From: Bacillota bacterium
GTDB lineage: Bacteria; Bacillota; Sulfobacillia; JACIYH01
Length of the DNA stretch: 64,000 nucleotides
Direction of reading: 5' to 3'
NCBI GenBank assembly: GCA_030019365.1
Contig: JASEFA010000001.1
Coordinates: 398,953-462,952 of the forward strand
Shown here: positions 8,527 to 17,937 of the stretch, in pieces
Layout: each line of letters begins with the position of its first letter
Position numbering within the stretch: position 1 is the stretch's first letter
Made by a program: the position numbers and the translations under genes
Notes under the pieces: model-generated
What the model saw: only the letters and a program-made list of their open reading frames with translations
The model's database searches: none
What the model was told of the DNA's origin: nothing

Positions 8527-9300
8527 TTGCACCGGGCGCGCACGTCCCTCGCGGGCCGCCTTCCGCCAGAACACCTCCAGCTTCTCCCTCACCATGCGGG
8601 GGTTCTCGCCGGCCTGAATGGACAGAATCCCTTCCAGCATCAGCTCCTTTTGGGCCACCAGCTTGCGGGCCCGCAACTTCAGCTTCGCCGCGATGGGCAA
8701 CCAGATCAGGTTGGCGGAAGCAATGCCGTAGAAGGTGGCCAGGAACGCCACGGCGATGGCGGGCCCCAGGCGGGAGGTATCCTGCAGGTTGCCCAGCACG
8801 TGCACCAGCCCCATCACCGTACCGATAATGCCCATGGTGGGGGCATATCCCCCCGCCGTTTCGAATATGCCCGCCTCAGTCTGGTACTCCTTGTCCTTGA
8901 CGGCCAGGTCGGTTTCCAGGATGCTGCGCACCATCTCGGGATCCGCACCGTCGATCACCAGGTTGAGCCCGCGTACCAGGAAGGGATCATCCCCCTCGTG
9001 CACGTACTCCTGCAGCACCAGCAGGCCCTCTCGCCTGGCCTTCTCCGCGTGCCCCACGAGGGTTTCGATGACCTCCGCCATGGGCGGGTCCCGGGAGAAA
9101 AAGGCCTGGGCCAGTAAAGAGGGGATGCGGGCCAGTTCCGCGGGAGAATAGGACATGACGGTGGCCCCCAGGGTACCGCCCAGGATGATCACCAGAGCGG
9201 AGGGGTTGAAGAGGGCCCCCAGGTGACCTCCCTCCATGAACACAGAGATGATCAGGGCCGCGAAGGCCACCACCATGCCCAGTCCCGTGGTAATGTCCAC
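8509..9300 (-). CDS. motA: Flagellar stator protein MotA
   Basis: ARREGLLVL, GGYAPTMGIIGTVMGL, AFLATFYG, GENP; GTG start with GGAGG. Confidence 0.94.
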   Translation of the reverse strand: MDITTGLGMVVAFAALIISVFMEGGHLGALFNPSALVIILGGTLGATVMSYSPAELARIPSLLAQAFFSRDPPMAEVIETLVGHAEKARREGLLVLQEYVHEGDDPFLVRGLNLVIDGADPEMVRSILETDLAVKDKEYQTEAGIFETAGGYAPTMGIIGTVMGLVHVLGNLQDTSRLGPAIAVAFLATFYGIASANLIWLPIAAKLKLRARKLVAQKELMLEGILSIQAGENPRMVREKLEVFWRKAAREGRARPVQGEEAA

Positions 9301-9327
9301 TGTCCGCCTCCCCCGGGGCCGGACGCG

Positions 9328-9353
9328 AAAAGGCCCGGGCCGGACCCGGGCCT
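9328..9353 (-). terminator. Hairpin/terminator after dacF
   Basis: AGGCCCGGG-TCCGG-CCCGGGCCT followed by a short T run. Confidence 0.5.
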
Positions 9354-9377
9354 GGGAAACCGCCCCCCTCTGGGGTG

Positions 9378-10628
9378 TTATCGAACGGAGAAGAAACGGG
9401 CGATAGTCTGCCCTATCGCCCCGAGCAGGGTGCTCCTGGGTACGTCCCGCGCCGCCACCAGGGCGACCCGGGCCAGCTCCTTGCCGTCCAGGTGTAAGGC
9501 CATGATGCCCAGCTCGTCCCCGGCCCGCACGGGCGCGTTTGCACGGGGAACCACCTCGATCACCTTCTGTACCTTGTCGGCCCGGTCTTTCTCCACCGAC
9601 AGGGCCAGATCGCCTGCTGCCACCGCCGGGAGCCACCGCTCCTTCCCCCGCACCACCCTCACCCGGGCCACCTCCTCCCCCCCGCGGGCCGCCACCACCG
9701 GAGTGAAGGTAGCGAAGGCGTAGTTAAGGAGCTGGGTGGCCTCGCGCACCCTGGTGGCCGGGTCGGGAGCCCCCAGGATCACGGCCAGGAACTGCCGCTC
9801 GTCGCGCCTGGCTGAACCCACCAGGCAGTACTGGGCTTTGGAGGTATGACCGGTTTTGAGCCCGGTCGCCCCGGGATATGTGACCAGCAACCGGTTGCGG
9901 CTTACCAGCCAGCTCTTCTTGGCAGTGTTCTGTCGGATCCAAGCCTCCCGCAGCGTAGACAGCCGCACCACCTCGGGCAGCCCCAGGGCGTATCTGGAGA
10001 TCAGGGCCAGGTCGTAGGCGGTGGTCAGGTGGCCCTCGTCGTCCAGACCGTGGCAGTTCACGAAGTGGGTGTCCTTGCACCCCAGGGCCCGCGCTTTCTC
10101 GTTCATCCACTCCACGAACTTCTGCTCGGACCCGGCCAGGTACTCGGCCACCGCCACCGCCGCGTCGTTGGCCGACCCCACCGCCACTGCCAGCAGGAGA
10201 TCGGAGAATGGCATCTCCTCGCCCGGTTCGAGCCAGATCTCCGAGCCCCCCATCTCCCACGCGTTTTCGCTGGCAACCACCATGTCGTCCGGCTTGACCT
10301 TGCCCTGGGCCAGGGCTTCGCATGCCAGCGCCAGGGTCAGGATCTTGGTCAGGCTGGCCGGGGCCCACTTCTTGTGGGGTTCCTTCGCGTACAGTACCTG
10401 CCCCGTCACCACGTCCATGAGGACGGCCGCCTCGGACTTCAGGGCGAAATCCACCCTGGCGGTGGCCTCGGCCAGATCCCCGCTGGTTGCAGCCCCTTCC
10501 TCCCCCGGCGGCGGCCCGTCGGCAAGCCCCGTCTCCCCGGGCCACCCGGGTCCCAGAAGGAGGAGTGCGACCAGCAGAACGGCTCCCGCCATCCTGTGAA
10601 GGCGCACTTTCGTGCGCAATACTGCCAC
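9378..10628 (-). CDS. dacF: D-alanyl-D-alanine carboxypeptidase
   Basis: Signal peptide, ASLTK (SxxK), SAN, KTG; upstream of spoIIA. Confidence 0.88.
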   Translation of the reverse strand: MAVLRTKVRLHRMAGAVLLVALLLLGPGWPGETGLADGPPPGEEGAATSGDLAEATARVDFALKSEAAVLMDVVTGQVLYAKEPHKKWAPASLTKILTLALACEALAQGKVKPDDMVVASENAWEMGGSEIWLEPGEEMPFSDLLLAVAVGSANDAAVAVAEYLAGSEQKFVEWMNEKARALGCKDTHFVNCHGLDDEGHLTTAYDLALISRYALGLPEVVRLSTLREAWIRQNTAKKSWLVSRNRLLVTYPGATGLKTGHTSKAQYCLVGSARRDERQFLAVILGAPDPATRVREATQLLNYAFATFTPVVAARGGEEVARVRVVRGKERWLPAVAAGDLALSVEKDRADKVQKVIEVVPRANAPVRAGDELGIMALHLDGKELARVALVAARDVPRSTLLGAIGQTIARFFSVR

Positions 10629-10761
10629 CTCCCCGCGCCTTTTTCCCTAGCTTTCCCGCCTGGGTGGCCACGTACACCCGGCGCCCGGGCATGCGGGCTG
10701 GCGGGGGCACCGCCCTCAGTACCCCTGCGCGAGGTCGTGCCGGCGAGACGGGAGGATGCGG

Positions 10762-11958
10762 TCAGAAAGGCCGGGCGCCTGTTGGGGTCCAGTCCAGGGC
10801 GAACCCGCGGGCGATGGTGGCGGCCACGTCGGCTAAGGTGTGCCTGACCCCCAGGCAGCCCCGCTCTCTCCAGCGAGGGCCCGCAACCAGCACGGGTACC
10901 AGCTCGCGGGAGTGGTCGGTGCTGGGGGTGGTGGGATCGCAGCCGTGGTCGGCGGTGACGATGAGCATGTCAGCTTGGTGGGCAGTGAGCGTGTCGGTTT
11001 GCCGCAGCCGGGGCAGAAACCCGCCCAGCCAGCCATCGAACTGTTCCAGGGCCCGCGCGTATCCGGGCACGTCGTTGCGATGGCCGTACAGCATGTCGAA
11101 ATCCACCAGATTGGCCACGATCAGGCCCTGCTCCAGTCCGGCGAAAGCTTCGTCCAGAGCGGCCAGTATCTCCGCATTGCCACCTGCCGGGACGCGCGTG
11201 GTAATCCCCCGGCCGGCATATATGTCGGGCACCTTGCCGATCCCCACCACCTGGTAGCCCCTGCCCGCCAGGGCATCCAGTACGGTGGTCCCCGGCGGGG
11301 GCAGGGCCCAGTCGTGCCGCCCCGCAGTGCGCCGGAAGGATCCGGCCCCGCCGGCGAAGGGGCGGGCGATCACCCTGCCCACCCGCAGGGGGCTGCGGTC
11401 CAGGACGGCCCTGATCTCCGCACACCAGCGGTAAAGGAGAGACGGGGGAACCACTTCTTCGTGAGCGGCCACCTGAAGGACACTGTCGGCCGAGGTGTAC
11501 ACGATGGGTGAACCCGTGCGCAGGTGCTCCTCGCCCAGCTCCGCGATGATCGCCGTGCCCGAGGCGGGCACGTTGCCGAGCACTGCCCGCCCGGTGATGC
11601 GCTCGACCTCCGCCACCAGCCAGGAAGGAAAGCCGTGGGGGAAGGTATCGAGGGGAGCATCGATGACCACCCCGGCCAGCTCCCAGTGGCCGATCATGGT
11701 TTCCTTGCCGGGGGACAGGGGAGCCATGATCCCCCAGGCCCCGCCCAGCTGCGGGATGGGCAAGAGGGGGCTCCTGGGCACCTCGGTGCAATGGGTGAGA
11801 CCCAGGGAAGCAAGGTGGGGAATGCGCAGGCCGCCCACCGCGCGGGCCAGGTTCCCCAGGGTGTTCGATCCCCGATCTCCGTAGAGATCGGTGTCGGGGA
11901 GAGCCCCGACCCCCAGCCCGTCCACCACCAGCAGAATGGCGCGTCGACAGGACGTCAT
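10762..11958 (-). CDS. deoB: Phosphopentomutase
   Basis: VDGLGVG, GHWE, YTSADSV, GRVIARPF, NLVDFDMLYGHR, TADHGCDP, DHSRE. Confidence 0.95.
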   Translation of the reverse strand: MTSCRRAILLVVDGLGVGALPDTDLYGDRGSNTLGNLARAVGGLRIPHLASLGLTHCTEVPRSPLLPIPQLGGAWGIMAPLSPGKETMIGHWELAGVVIDAPLDTFPHGFPSWLVAEVERITGRAVLGNVPASGTAIIAELGEEHLRTGSPIVYTSADSVLQVAAHEEVVPPSLLYRWCAEIRAVLDRSPLRVGRVIARPFAGGAGSFRRTAGRHDWALPPPGTTVLDALAGRGYQVVGIGKVPDIYAGRGITTRVPAGGNAEILAALDEAFAGLEQGLIVANLVDFDMLYGHRNDVPGYARALEQFDGWLGGFLPRLRQTDTLTAHQADMLIVTADHGCDPTTPSTDHSRELVPVLVAGPRWRERGCLGVRHTLADVAATIARGFALDWTPTGARPF

Positions 11959-12845
11959 GCCCGCGGATGGGCCCGTGAGTATACCTCCTTCAGCCTTCCC
12001 TTGGTCACCTGGGTGTAAATCTGGGTGGTCGAGATGTCCACGTGACCCAGCATTTCCTGCACGGAACGGAGATCGGCGCCGTTCTCGAGCAGGTGGGTGG
12101 CAAAGGAGTGACGCAGGGTGTGCGGGGTGATGTTCTTCTCGATACCGGCCTGCCGGGCATATTTCTTCACGATCTTCCAGAAGCCCTGCCTGGTCAGGCG
12201 GGCCCCCTGGTGATTCAGGAACAGAGTGTGTTCGCCGGGGTCACCCAGCAGGCGAGGCCGCCCGTAGGTGATGTACTCCCTAACCGCCTTGCGGGCCATG
12301 CGCCCGAGCGGGATGATGCGCTCCCTTCCCCCTTTGCCCAGGCAGCGCACGTAGCCCAGGTTGAGGTTGGCATCCTCCAGGCGCAGGTTGACCAGTTCGG
12401 AAACCCGTATCCCCGTGGCGTACAGCAACTCCAGCATGGCCCGATCCCGCAGTCCGCCCGGTGTGGCTGCGTCCGGCTGGGCCAGCAGTCGCTCGACCTC
12501 CTTCACCGTGAGCACGCGGGGGAGCTTCCGCTCCATGCGGGGGGATTCCAGGTTGTCGGTGGGATCGCTGTCCATGTAGCGCTCCCGCACCATGAAGTGG
12601 TAGAAAGCACGCAGGGCAGCCAGCCGCCGGGCCACCGTGGCCGTGGCGCGCCCCTGCTTCTGCAGCCAGACCAGGTAAGAAACCACCGTGGCGCGGCTGG
12701 CGGTGGCCAGGTTCTGGCCCGACTGGGCCAGGAACTGCTGGTACTGGTCCAGGTCGCAACCATACGAGGCCAGGGTGTTCTGGGAGAGACCCTTTTCCGT
12801 GCGCAGGTAGTCGACGAAATGCGCAATCAGGTCGGGTACCGCCAT
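11955..12845 (-). CDS. xerD: Tyrosine recombinase XerD
   Basis: RDRAMLELLYATGIRVSEL, TPHTLRHSFATHLLENGADLRSVQEMLGH, TQIYT; alternative start 12935. Confidence 0.95.
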   Translation of the reverse strand: MAVPDLIAHFVDYLRTEKGLSQNTLASYGCDLDQYQQFLAQSGQNLATASRATVVSYLVWLQKQGRATATVARRLAALRAFYHFMVRERYMDSDPTDNLESPRMERKLPRVLTVKEVERLLAQPDAATPGGLRDRAMLELLYATGIRVSELVNLRLEDANLNLGYVRCLGKGGRERIIPLGRMARKAVREYITYGRPRLLGDPGEHTLFLNHQGARLTRQGFWKIVKKYARQAGIEKNITPHTLRHSFATHLLENGADLRSVQEMLGHVDISTTQIYTQVTKGRLKEVYSRAHPRA

Positions 12846-13110
12846 GGCCTTACCACCCTTTGGGTGTCCCCCGCTCCTCCGGGCCGCCTCCCGGGTATTC
12901 GGCGCGGTCAAGGGAATTCCTTTCTGCTTTGCCATCAGTCCCCGCCCCTCATAGTCATGTTCCCAACCCGATAGTTATGTATTCCCCCGGCCACCTAGAA
13001 CGGGGCCGGGGGATGGGATTTCGCCTGCGGTGGCACCCGCCGGACCGGGGCCGGGGGATACGGTTTCGCGCCCGCGGGGCATCCGGCGGGTCGATGAGGC
13101 TGCGCCGGAA

Positions 13111-14220
13111 TCAGAGGATCTCCGTAAGGGCGCGGCCGGGGAGCCCGTGAGCTTCGGCCACCGCCGGGTAGGTGATGTGACCCAGGCACGCGTTGACACC
13201 GCGGGCCAAGGGGGGGTCCTCCCCCACCGCGCGCCTCCAGCCCTTGTCCGCCAGGCAGAGGGCATAGGGCATGGTCACGTTGGTGAGGGCCAGGGTAGAG
13301 GTCCTGGGCACCGCACCGGGGATGTTGGCCACCGCGTAGTGGACCACGCCGTGCTTGACGAAGGTGGGGTCCGAGTGGGTGGTGACCCGATCCATGGTCG
13401 CGACGACGCCACCCTGGTCGATGGCCACATCCACGATCACCGACCCCGCTTTCATGGCCCTGACCATGTCCTCGGTCACCAGGTGGGGAGCGCGGGCTCC
13501 CGGTATGAGCACGGCACCGACGAGCAGGTCGGCGCGCGCCACCGCCTGGGCGATGTGGTAGCTGTTGGACATGAGAGTGGTCACCTGGCCGCCGAAGAGG
13601 TCGTCCAGATAACGGAGCCGCTCGGCGCTGATATCCAGCACGGTGACCCGCGCCCCCATCCCGAAGGCGATCTTGGCGGCGTTGGTCCCCACCGTCCCGC
13701 CGCCCACGATCACCACGTCCGCGGGGGGAACGCCCGGAACCCCGCCCAGCAAGACCCCACGGCCTCCCTGGCGTTTCTCCAGGAAGTGAGCCCCTATCTG
13801 CACGGCCATCCGCCCGGCCACCTCGCTCATCGGGGTGAGCAGGGGCAGGGAACCATCGGCCAGCTGTACGGTTTCGTAGGCGATGGCCACCACCTGGTGT
13901 TCGACCAGGGCCAGCGTCAAGGCCCGGTCGGCCGCCAGGTGGAGGTAGGTGAACAGAACCTGGCCGGGGCGAAGGAGATCGTATTCCTGCGGCAGCGGTT
14001 CCTTCACCTTGAGGACCATTTCCGCCCCCCAGGCGTCCTCGCGACTGACCATGGTGGCCCCCGCCGCCTCGTAATCGTGATCGGAAAAACCGCTTCCCTC
14101 CCCCGCTCCCTGCTGCACCAGTACCCGGTGCCCGCGCCCCGCCAGGGCCAGTACTCCGGCCGGGGTAATGGCGACCCGGTTCTCGTCCGCCTTGATCTCT
14201 TTGGGAATCCCTACGATCAC
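13111..14220 (-). CDS. ald: Alanine dehydrogenase
   Basis: [45 protein letters not shown]. Confidence 0.96.
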   Translation of the reverse strand: MIVGIPKEIKADENRVAITPAGVLALAGRGHRVLVQQGAGEGSGFSDHDYEAAGATMVSREDAWGAEMVLKVKEPLPQEYDLLRPGQVLFTYLHLAADRALTLALVEHQVVAIAYETVQLADGSLPLLTPMSEVAGRMAVQIGAHFLEKRQGGRGVLLGGVPGVPPADVVIVGGGTVGTNAAKIAFGMGARVTVLDISAERLRYLDDLFGGQVTTLMSNSYHIAQAVARADLLVGAVLIPGARAPHLVTEDMVRAMKAGSVIVDVAIDQGGVVATMDRVTTHSDPTFVKHGVVHYAVANIPGAVPRTSTLALTNVTMPYALCLADKGWRRAVGEDPPLARGVNACLGHITYPAVAEAHGLPGRALTEIL

Positions 14221-14412
14221 GTGCCCATCCCTTCCTTCGTGCCAGAACTGTGTGCAGGAACTTCTCCTGGAACTGCCACCGTTCCGAGTTTCGCATCGTG
14301 AACCACCAAGGACAATACTTCCCCCGCCGGCCGGATTCCTGCTTGCGGTCGGATTTCCCCGAGTGACACGGGGCAAAGGCGGGGGAGGAGTCCCTTGCGC
14401 CCGCCGTGCTTC

Positions 14413-15030
14413 CTAAGTTCCCACCAGTGAACCCAGCAATCTGATCAGGGCGGGCGTGAGGTAAGCTTCGACCAGGCTGGCCAGCCCCAGCACGCAGACC
14501 ACAGTGATGCCCACACCGACGTAGGCTACCACGTCCCCCAGGAAAGCTCCCGCCCAGCGCCGGCGCCGGGCGGTCCACACCTTGCCGGCGAAGGAAAGGG
14601 AGGCAACCGCCGCCGCCCACAGGGCGGGTACCGCCAGGAGGTTGTGAGGCAGCACCGCTCCCAGGCTGAACAACACCCCGCGCCAGCCCGCCTCGCTGGC
14701 CAGGAAACCAACTGTGAAACCGATGGCAAACCCGCGTACGACCACGAGAAACAGCACCAGGGGAACACCGATCACTACCAGTCCGCCCAGCCACATGATG
14801 GCCAGGGTGCGCAGGTTCTGGTCAACCGAAGCCCGCAGGATCTGGGGCCCACCCCGTCCCTGGGCATTATCCCCCAGGATTCGACCCAACTCCTCCAGAT
14901 AAGTGGTGAGCTCGGCACGCTGAGCCGCATCCAGTGCCCGCACCGCCCAGGCCCCCAGGCCCAGCCCCAGAACAAACAGCAGCACCACCACTACCGTGAG
15001 ACGCAGGTGGCCTGCAAAGAAAGAGGCCAC
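14413..15030 (-). CDS. spoIIM: Stage II sporulation protein M
   Basis: Polytopic membrane protein; RGFAIGFTVGFL, LPHNLL, VEAYLTP. Confidence 0.9.
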   Translation of the reverse strand: MASFFAGHLRLTVVVVLLFVLGLGLGAWAVRALDAAQRAELTTYLEELGRILGDNAQGRGGPQILRASVDQNLRTLAIMWLGGLVVIGVPLVLFLVVVRGFAIGFTVGFLASEAGWRGVLFSLGAVLPHNLLAVPALWAAAVASLSFAGKVWTARRRRWAGAFLGDVVAYVGVGITVVCVLGLASLVEAYLTPALIRLLGSLVGT

Positions 15031-15078
15031 ACCGCCGCGCGTGGCGGCTCACCCCTTCCCTCCGGATTCCAGTAGAGG

Positions 15079-15840
15079 TTATGCCCCCCCTTCGGCGGGT
15101 ATGTCCTGGCCCAGGAACGGGCCGGCCAGCAGCAACCCCAGCATGGTCTTGGCGTCCTGGAGGCGACCCTGCGCCAGCCACTCCATGGCCTGTTTCCAGG
15201 GCACCTTGCCCACCTGGATGGCTTCGTCTTCTTCGGGAGAAGGCTCCCCTTCCACCAGGTTGCGGGCCAGGTAGACGACCATCTTCTCCGTACAGAAACC
15301 GGGAGTGGTGTAAAACTCCGCCAGCTCGATCCACTCCTGGGCGCGGTACCCGGTTTCCTCTTCCAGCTCGCGCCGGGCCGCCCCCGGGGGCTTCTCCCCC
15401 GGCCTCAGGGTGCCGGCGGGGATTTCCCACAGGCGGGCCCGCACGGGGTGGCGGTACTGGCGGACCAGGACCACCTCGCCTTCGGCGGTGATCGGCACCA
15501 CCGCCACCGCTCCCGGGTGAATCACCATCTCCCTTTCCACCACGCGGCCTTCCACCCGCACCCGGTCCACCTGCACGTGCAGCAGCCTGCCGTGGAAGAC
15601 GGTCTTGCTGGCCCGGGGGATGGGAGTGAGCAGGGGGCGAGGGCTGGGGCCCACCACCCGCACGGGCTCCTCCGGCTTGGGGCGGCGCACCCGTATTTCC
15701 GTTCCGTATGCCTCCACCGGAGGTATTACGGGTTTGGGAATGCGGACGCGACTGCCGCCTTTTCTGATGGGGGAACGCGGACTCTGCTCAGGGCGCGGAC
15801 TCTGCTCAGGACGCGGAGCCTCCTCCTGCTCCCTGCTCAC
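15079..15840 (-). CDS. nudF: ADP-ribose pyrophosphatase (NUDIX) with Pro-rich N-terminal extension
   Basis: HPGAVAV, VRQYR, EIPAG...ARRELEEETG, DAKT; GTG at 15840 with AAGGAG. Confidence 0.88.
   Translation of the reverse strand: MSREQEEAPRPEQSPRPEQSPRSPIRKGGSRVRIPKPVIPPVEAYGTEIRVRRPKPEEPVRVVGPSPRPLLTPIPRASKTVFHGRLLHVQVDRVRVEGRVVEREMVIHPGAVAVVPITAEGEVVLVRQYRHPVRARLWEIPAGTLRPGEKPPGAARRELEEETGYRAQEWIELAEFYTTPGFCTEKMVVYLARNLVEGEPSPEEDEAIQVGKVPWKQAMEWLAQGRLQDAKTMLGLLLAGPFLGQDIPAEGGA
15776..15817. repeat. 18-bp tandem repeat (about 2.3 copies) encoding PRPEQS
   Basis: cgcggactctgctcagg(g/a) twice plus a partial copy. Confidence 0.85.
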
Positions 15841-16564
15841 CGCTCTCTTCTCCTTCCGGAACCTCCGACCACTTGCGCCGCGACTGCTGGGCGCAGGCTT
15901 TGCCCAGCCTGCGGTTGGCGGCATCCAGGGTGGCCTTGACGAATGCCTCCACCCTTTCTCCCTTCACCACGGCCGCTCCCGCCAGGGCCTCGTCATCCCC
16001 CCTGGGGTTGAGCAGTATCAGGGTCACCACCGCCACCTGCTGGCCCCCCACCTCCTGGCAGGTGGCACCCTGGGCCGAGAACTCCCAGCCCGGGTCCGCC
16101 AGCTGATTGAGGGCTTTCACAGCGGCACTGGCGGCCGTGAACCAGATGGCCAGGGGCATGTCGCCGCCCTCGTCGGCTCCCTGACAGGTCAGCACCGGTT
16201 CCCCGGTGGCGGGATCGAGCAGGCCCAGGTTCACCTCCACCCGGGTCAGGTGCCGGATGGTGTTGTTCAAAACGTGAACGCTCATAAGACGAACGCGTAC
16301 CCTGAAGGGGGAAGGCTCCTTCTGGACCAGCTGCGCCACGCTGATACACTTGTGATCGATGACCATGCCCCAACGCGCCATCAGGCACGACTCCACGTCC
16401 CGGACGATCTGTTTGGCGGGACGGTCGCTCCCGGCCAGGACGTGGATCTCTTCAATGGCCCCCCAGTCGGAGACCACCACGCGTACCGCCTGTACGGAGG
16501 GCAGCTGGCGGATAAGCTCCTCCACTTCCTCCACCGTGATGATCCGGCGCGGTTGTTCCTCCAC
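15806..16564 (-). CDS. Conserved hypothetical protein
   Basis: 252 aa, protein-like composition; EIHVLA...KQIVRDVES...IDHK.ISVAQ; C-terminal VKATLDAANRRL. Confidence 0.75.
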   Translation of the reverse strand: MEEQPRRIITVEEVEELIRQLPSVQAVRVVVSDWGAIEEIHVLAGSDRPAKQIVRDVESCLMARWGMVIDHKCISVAQLVQKEPSPFRVRVRLMSVHVLNNTIRHLTRVEVNLGLLDPATGEPVLTCQGADEGGDMPLAIWFTAASAAVKALNQLADPGWEFSAQGATCQEVGGQQVAVVTLILLNPRGDDEALAGAAVVKGERVEAFVKATLDAANRRLGKACAQQSRRKWSEVPEGEESGEQGAGGGSAS

Positions 16565-16639
16565 AGCCCTCTCCCCGTTCCCGGCCCCTTCCTCCTATTT
16601 CTTCGTCCCGTACCCGGTACTCCTCCAGTGCCCGCGGGG

Positions 16640-17185
16640 TCAGGGGGCAACCAGGGCGATCTCGCGGCCCCGGCGGAGAGCGGCCTCGTTGAGGGGGATG
16701 AGATCGTGCCGGTGCACCGGGAGAGCCTTGCGCAGGGATTCGGATACCGCCGTCTCGGATACGGCCCCGGTGAGGGCGAGGAACGCCCCCAGGCAGACCA
16801 TGTTGGCGATCCGGCCCGAGCCCAGCTCCTCTGCCACCTGATTGGCGGGCACGGCCACCACCTGGAGATCGCCGCGCGCCGGAGCCCGGTCAATCAGAGA
16901 GGAGTTGTAGATGAGAATCCCTCCGGGGCGCACCGACTCCTCGAACCGATCCAGGGAAGGGCGGTTGAGGATGATGGCGGCAGTCGGCTCGGTGACCAGG
17001 GGGCAGGCCACGGGCTCTTCGGATATCACCACGTGACAGTTGGCGGTTCCTCCCCGCATTTCCGGCCCGTAGGAGGGCAGCCAGGATACCTGTTTGCCGT
17101 CCAGCATACCGGCGTAGGCCAGGAGGGAACCCATCGCCATCACGCCCTGGCCCCCGAAGCCGGCCATGATCACTTCATGCGCCAT
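16640..17185 (-). CDS. 2-oxoacid:ferredoxin oxidoreductase gamma subunit
   Basis: AGFGGQG, PSYGPEMRGGTANC, ANMV.LGA. Confidence 0.94.
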   Translation of the reverse strand: MAHEVIMAGFGGQGVMAMGSLLAYAGMLDGKQVSWLPSYGPEMRGGTANCHVVISEEPVACPLVTEPTAAIILNRPSLDRFEESVRPGGILIYNSSLIDRAPARGDLQVVAVPANQVAEELGSGRIANMVCLGAFLALTGAVSETAVSESLRKALPVHRHDLIPLNEAALRRGREIALVAP

Positions 17186-17187
17186 GC

Positions 17188-17937
17188 TCACGCCTCCCCG
17201 TGCCCGGGCACCTTGAACTCACCCAGGCGGTAATAGGGGAGCATGTGCTGCTCCACCCAGCGCAGGGCCTCCACCGGGGTCATCCCCCAGTTAGTGGGGC
17301 AGGACGAAACCACCTCCACCAGCGAGAAGCCCTGATTGCTGAGCTGCACCTCGAAGGCACGGCGCAAGGCTCGCCTGGCCCGATTGACGTGGCCGGGGGC
17401 GTGAACCGACACCCGGGCCACATACGCTGCCCCGTCCAGAAGGGCGAGCATCTCGGGAATCCGCACGGGATGGCCGTGGTAGGAGGCGTCCCGCCCGCGG
17501 GGGGTGGTAGTGGTTTCCTGCCCCACCAGGGTGGTGGGGGCCATCTGCCCGCCCGTCATCCCGTAGATGGCGTTGTTGATGAACACCACCGTAATGCGCT
17601 CTCCCCGGGTGGCGGCATGGATGATCTCGGCTGTGCCGATGGCCGCAAGGTCACCGTCCCCCTGGTAGGTGAACACCACCGCGTCGGGCCGGGACCGCTT
17701 GACTCCCGTGGCTACCGCCGGCGCGCGCCCGTGGGCGGCCTGGATCATGTCGCAGTTGAAGTAGTTGTACGCGAACACCGCACACCCCACCGGGGCTATG
17801 CCCACCGCCCGCTCCCGCACGCCCTGTTCGTCCAGGCACTCCGCCACCAACCGATGCACGATCCCGTGGGGACATCCCGGACAGTAGTGAAAGGGGACTC
17901 CGGTAAGGGCCTGGGGCCGGCTGAAAATGCGCTGCAT
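17188..17937 (-). CDS. 2-oxoacid:ferredoxin oxidoreductase beta (TPP-binding) subunit
   Basis: YCPGC.HG, GDGD...NN TPP motif, YGMTGGQMAPTT, CPTNW. Confidence 0.94.
   Translation of the reverse strand: MQRIFSRPQALTGVPFHYCPGCPHGIVHRLVAECLDEQGVRERAVGIAPVGCAVFAYNYFNCDMIQAAHGRAPAVATGVKRSRPDAVVFTYQGDGDLAAIGTAEIIHAATRGERITVVFINNAIYGMTGGQMAPTTLVGQETTTTPRGRDASYHGHPVRIPEMLALLDGAAYVARVSVHAPGHVNRARRALRRAFEVQLSNQGFSLVEVVSSCPTNWGMTPVEALRWVEQHMLPYYRLGEFKVPGHGEA

Noticed and set aside
9301..9377. c-di-GMP riboswitch ahead of motA
   Set aside because: Only 77 nt of intergenic space and no aptamer motifs; a simple hairpin
11955..12935. Tyrosine recombinase as a prophage or island integrase
   Set aside because: Housekeeping XerD in its normal spoIIM-xerD-deoB context; no att sites or cargo
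14221..14412. Sigma-54 promoter or riboswitch upstream of ald
   Set aside because: TGGCA is present without a correctly spaced TTGC; repeated GAACT words are too short to support a call
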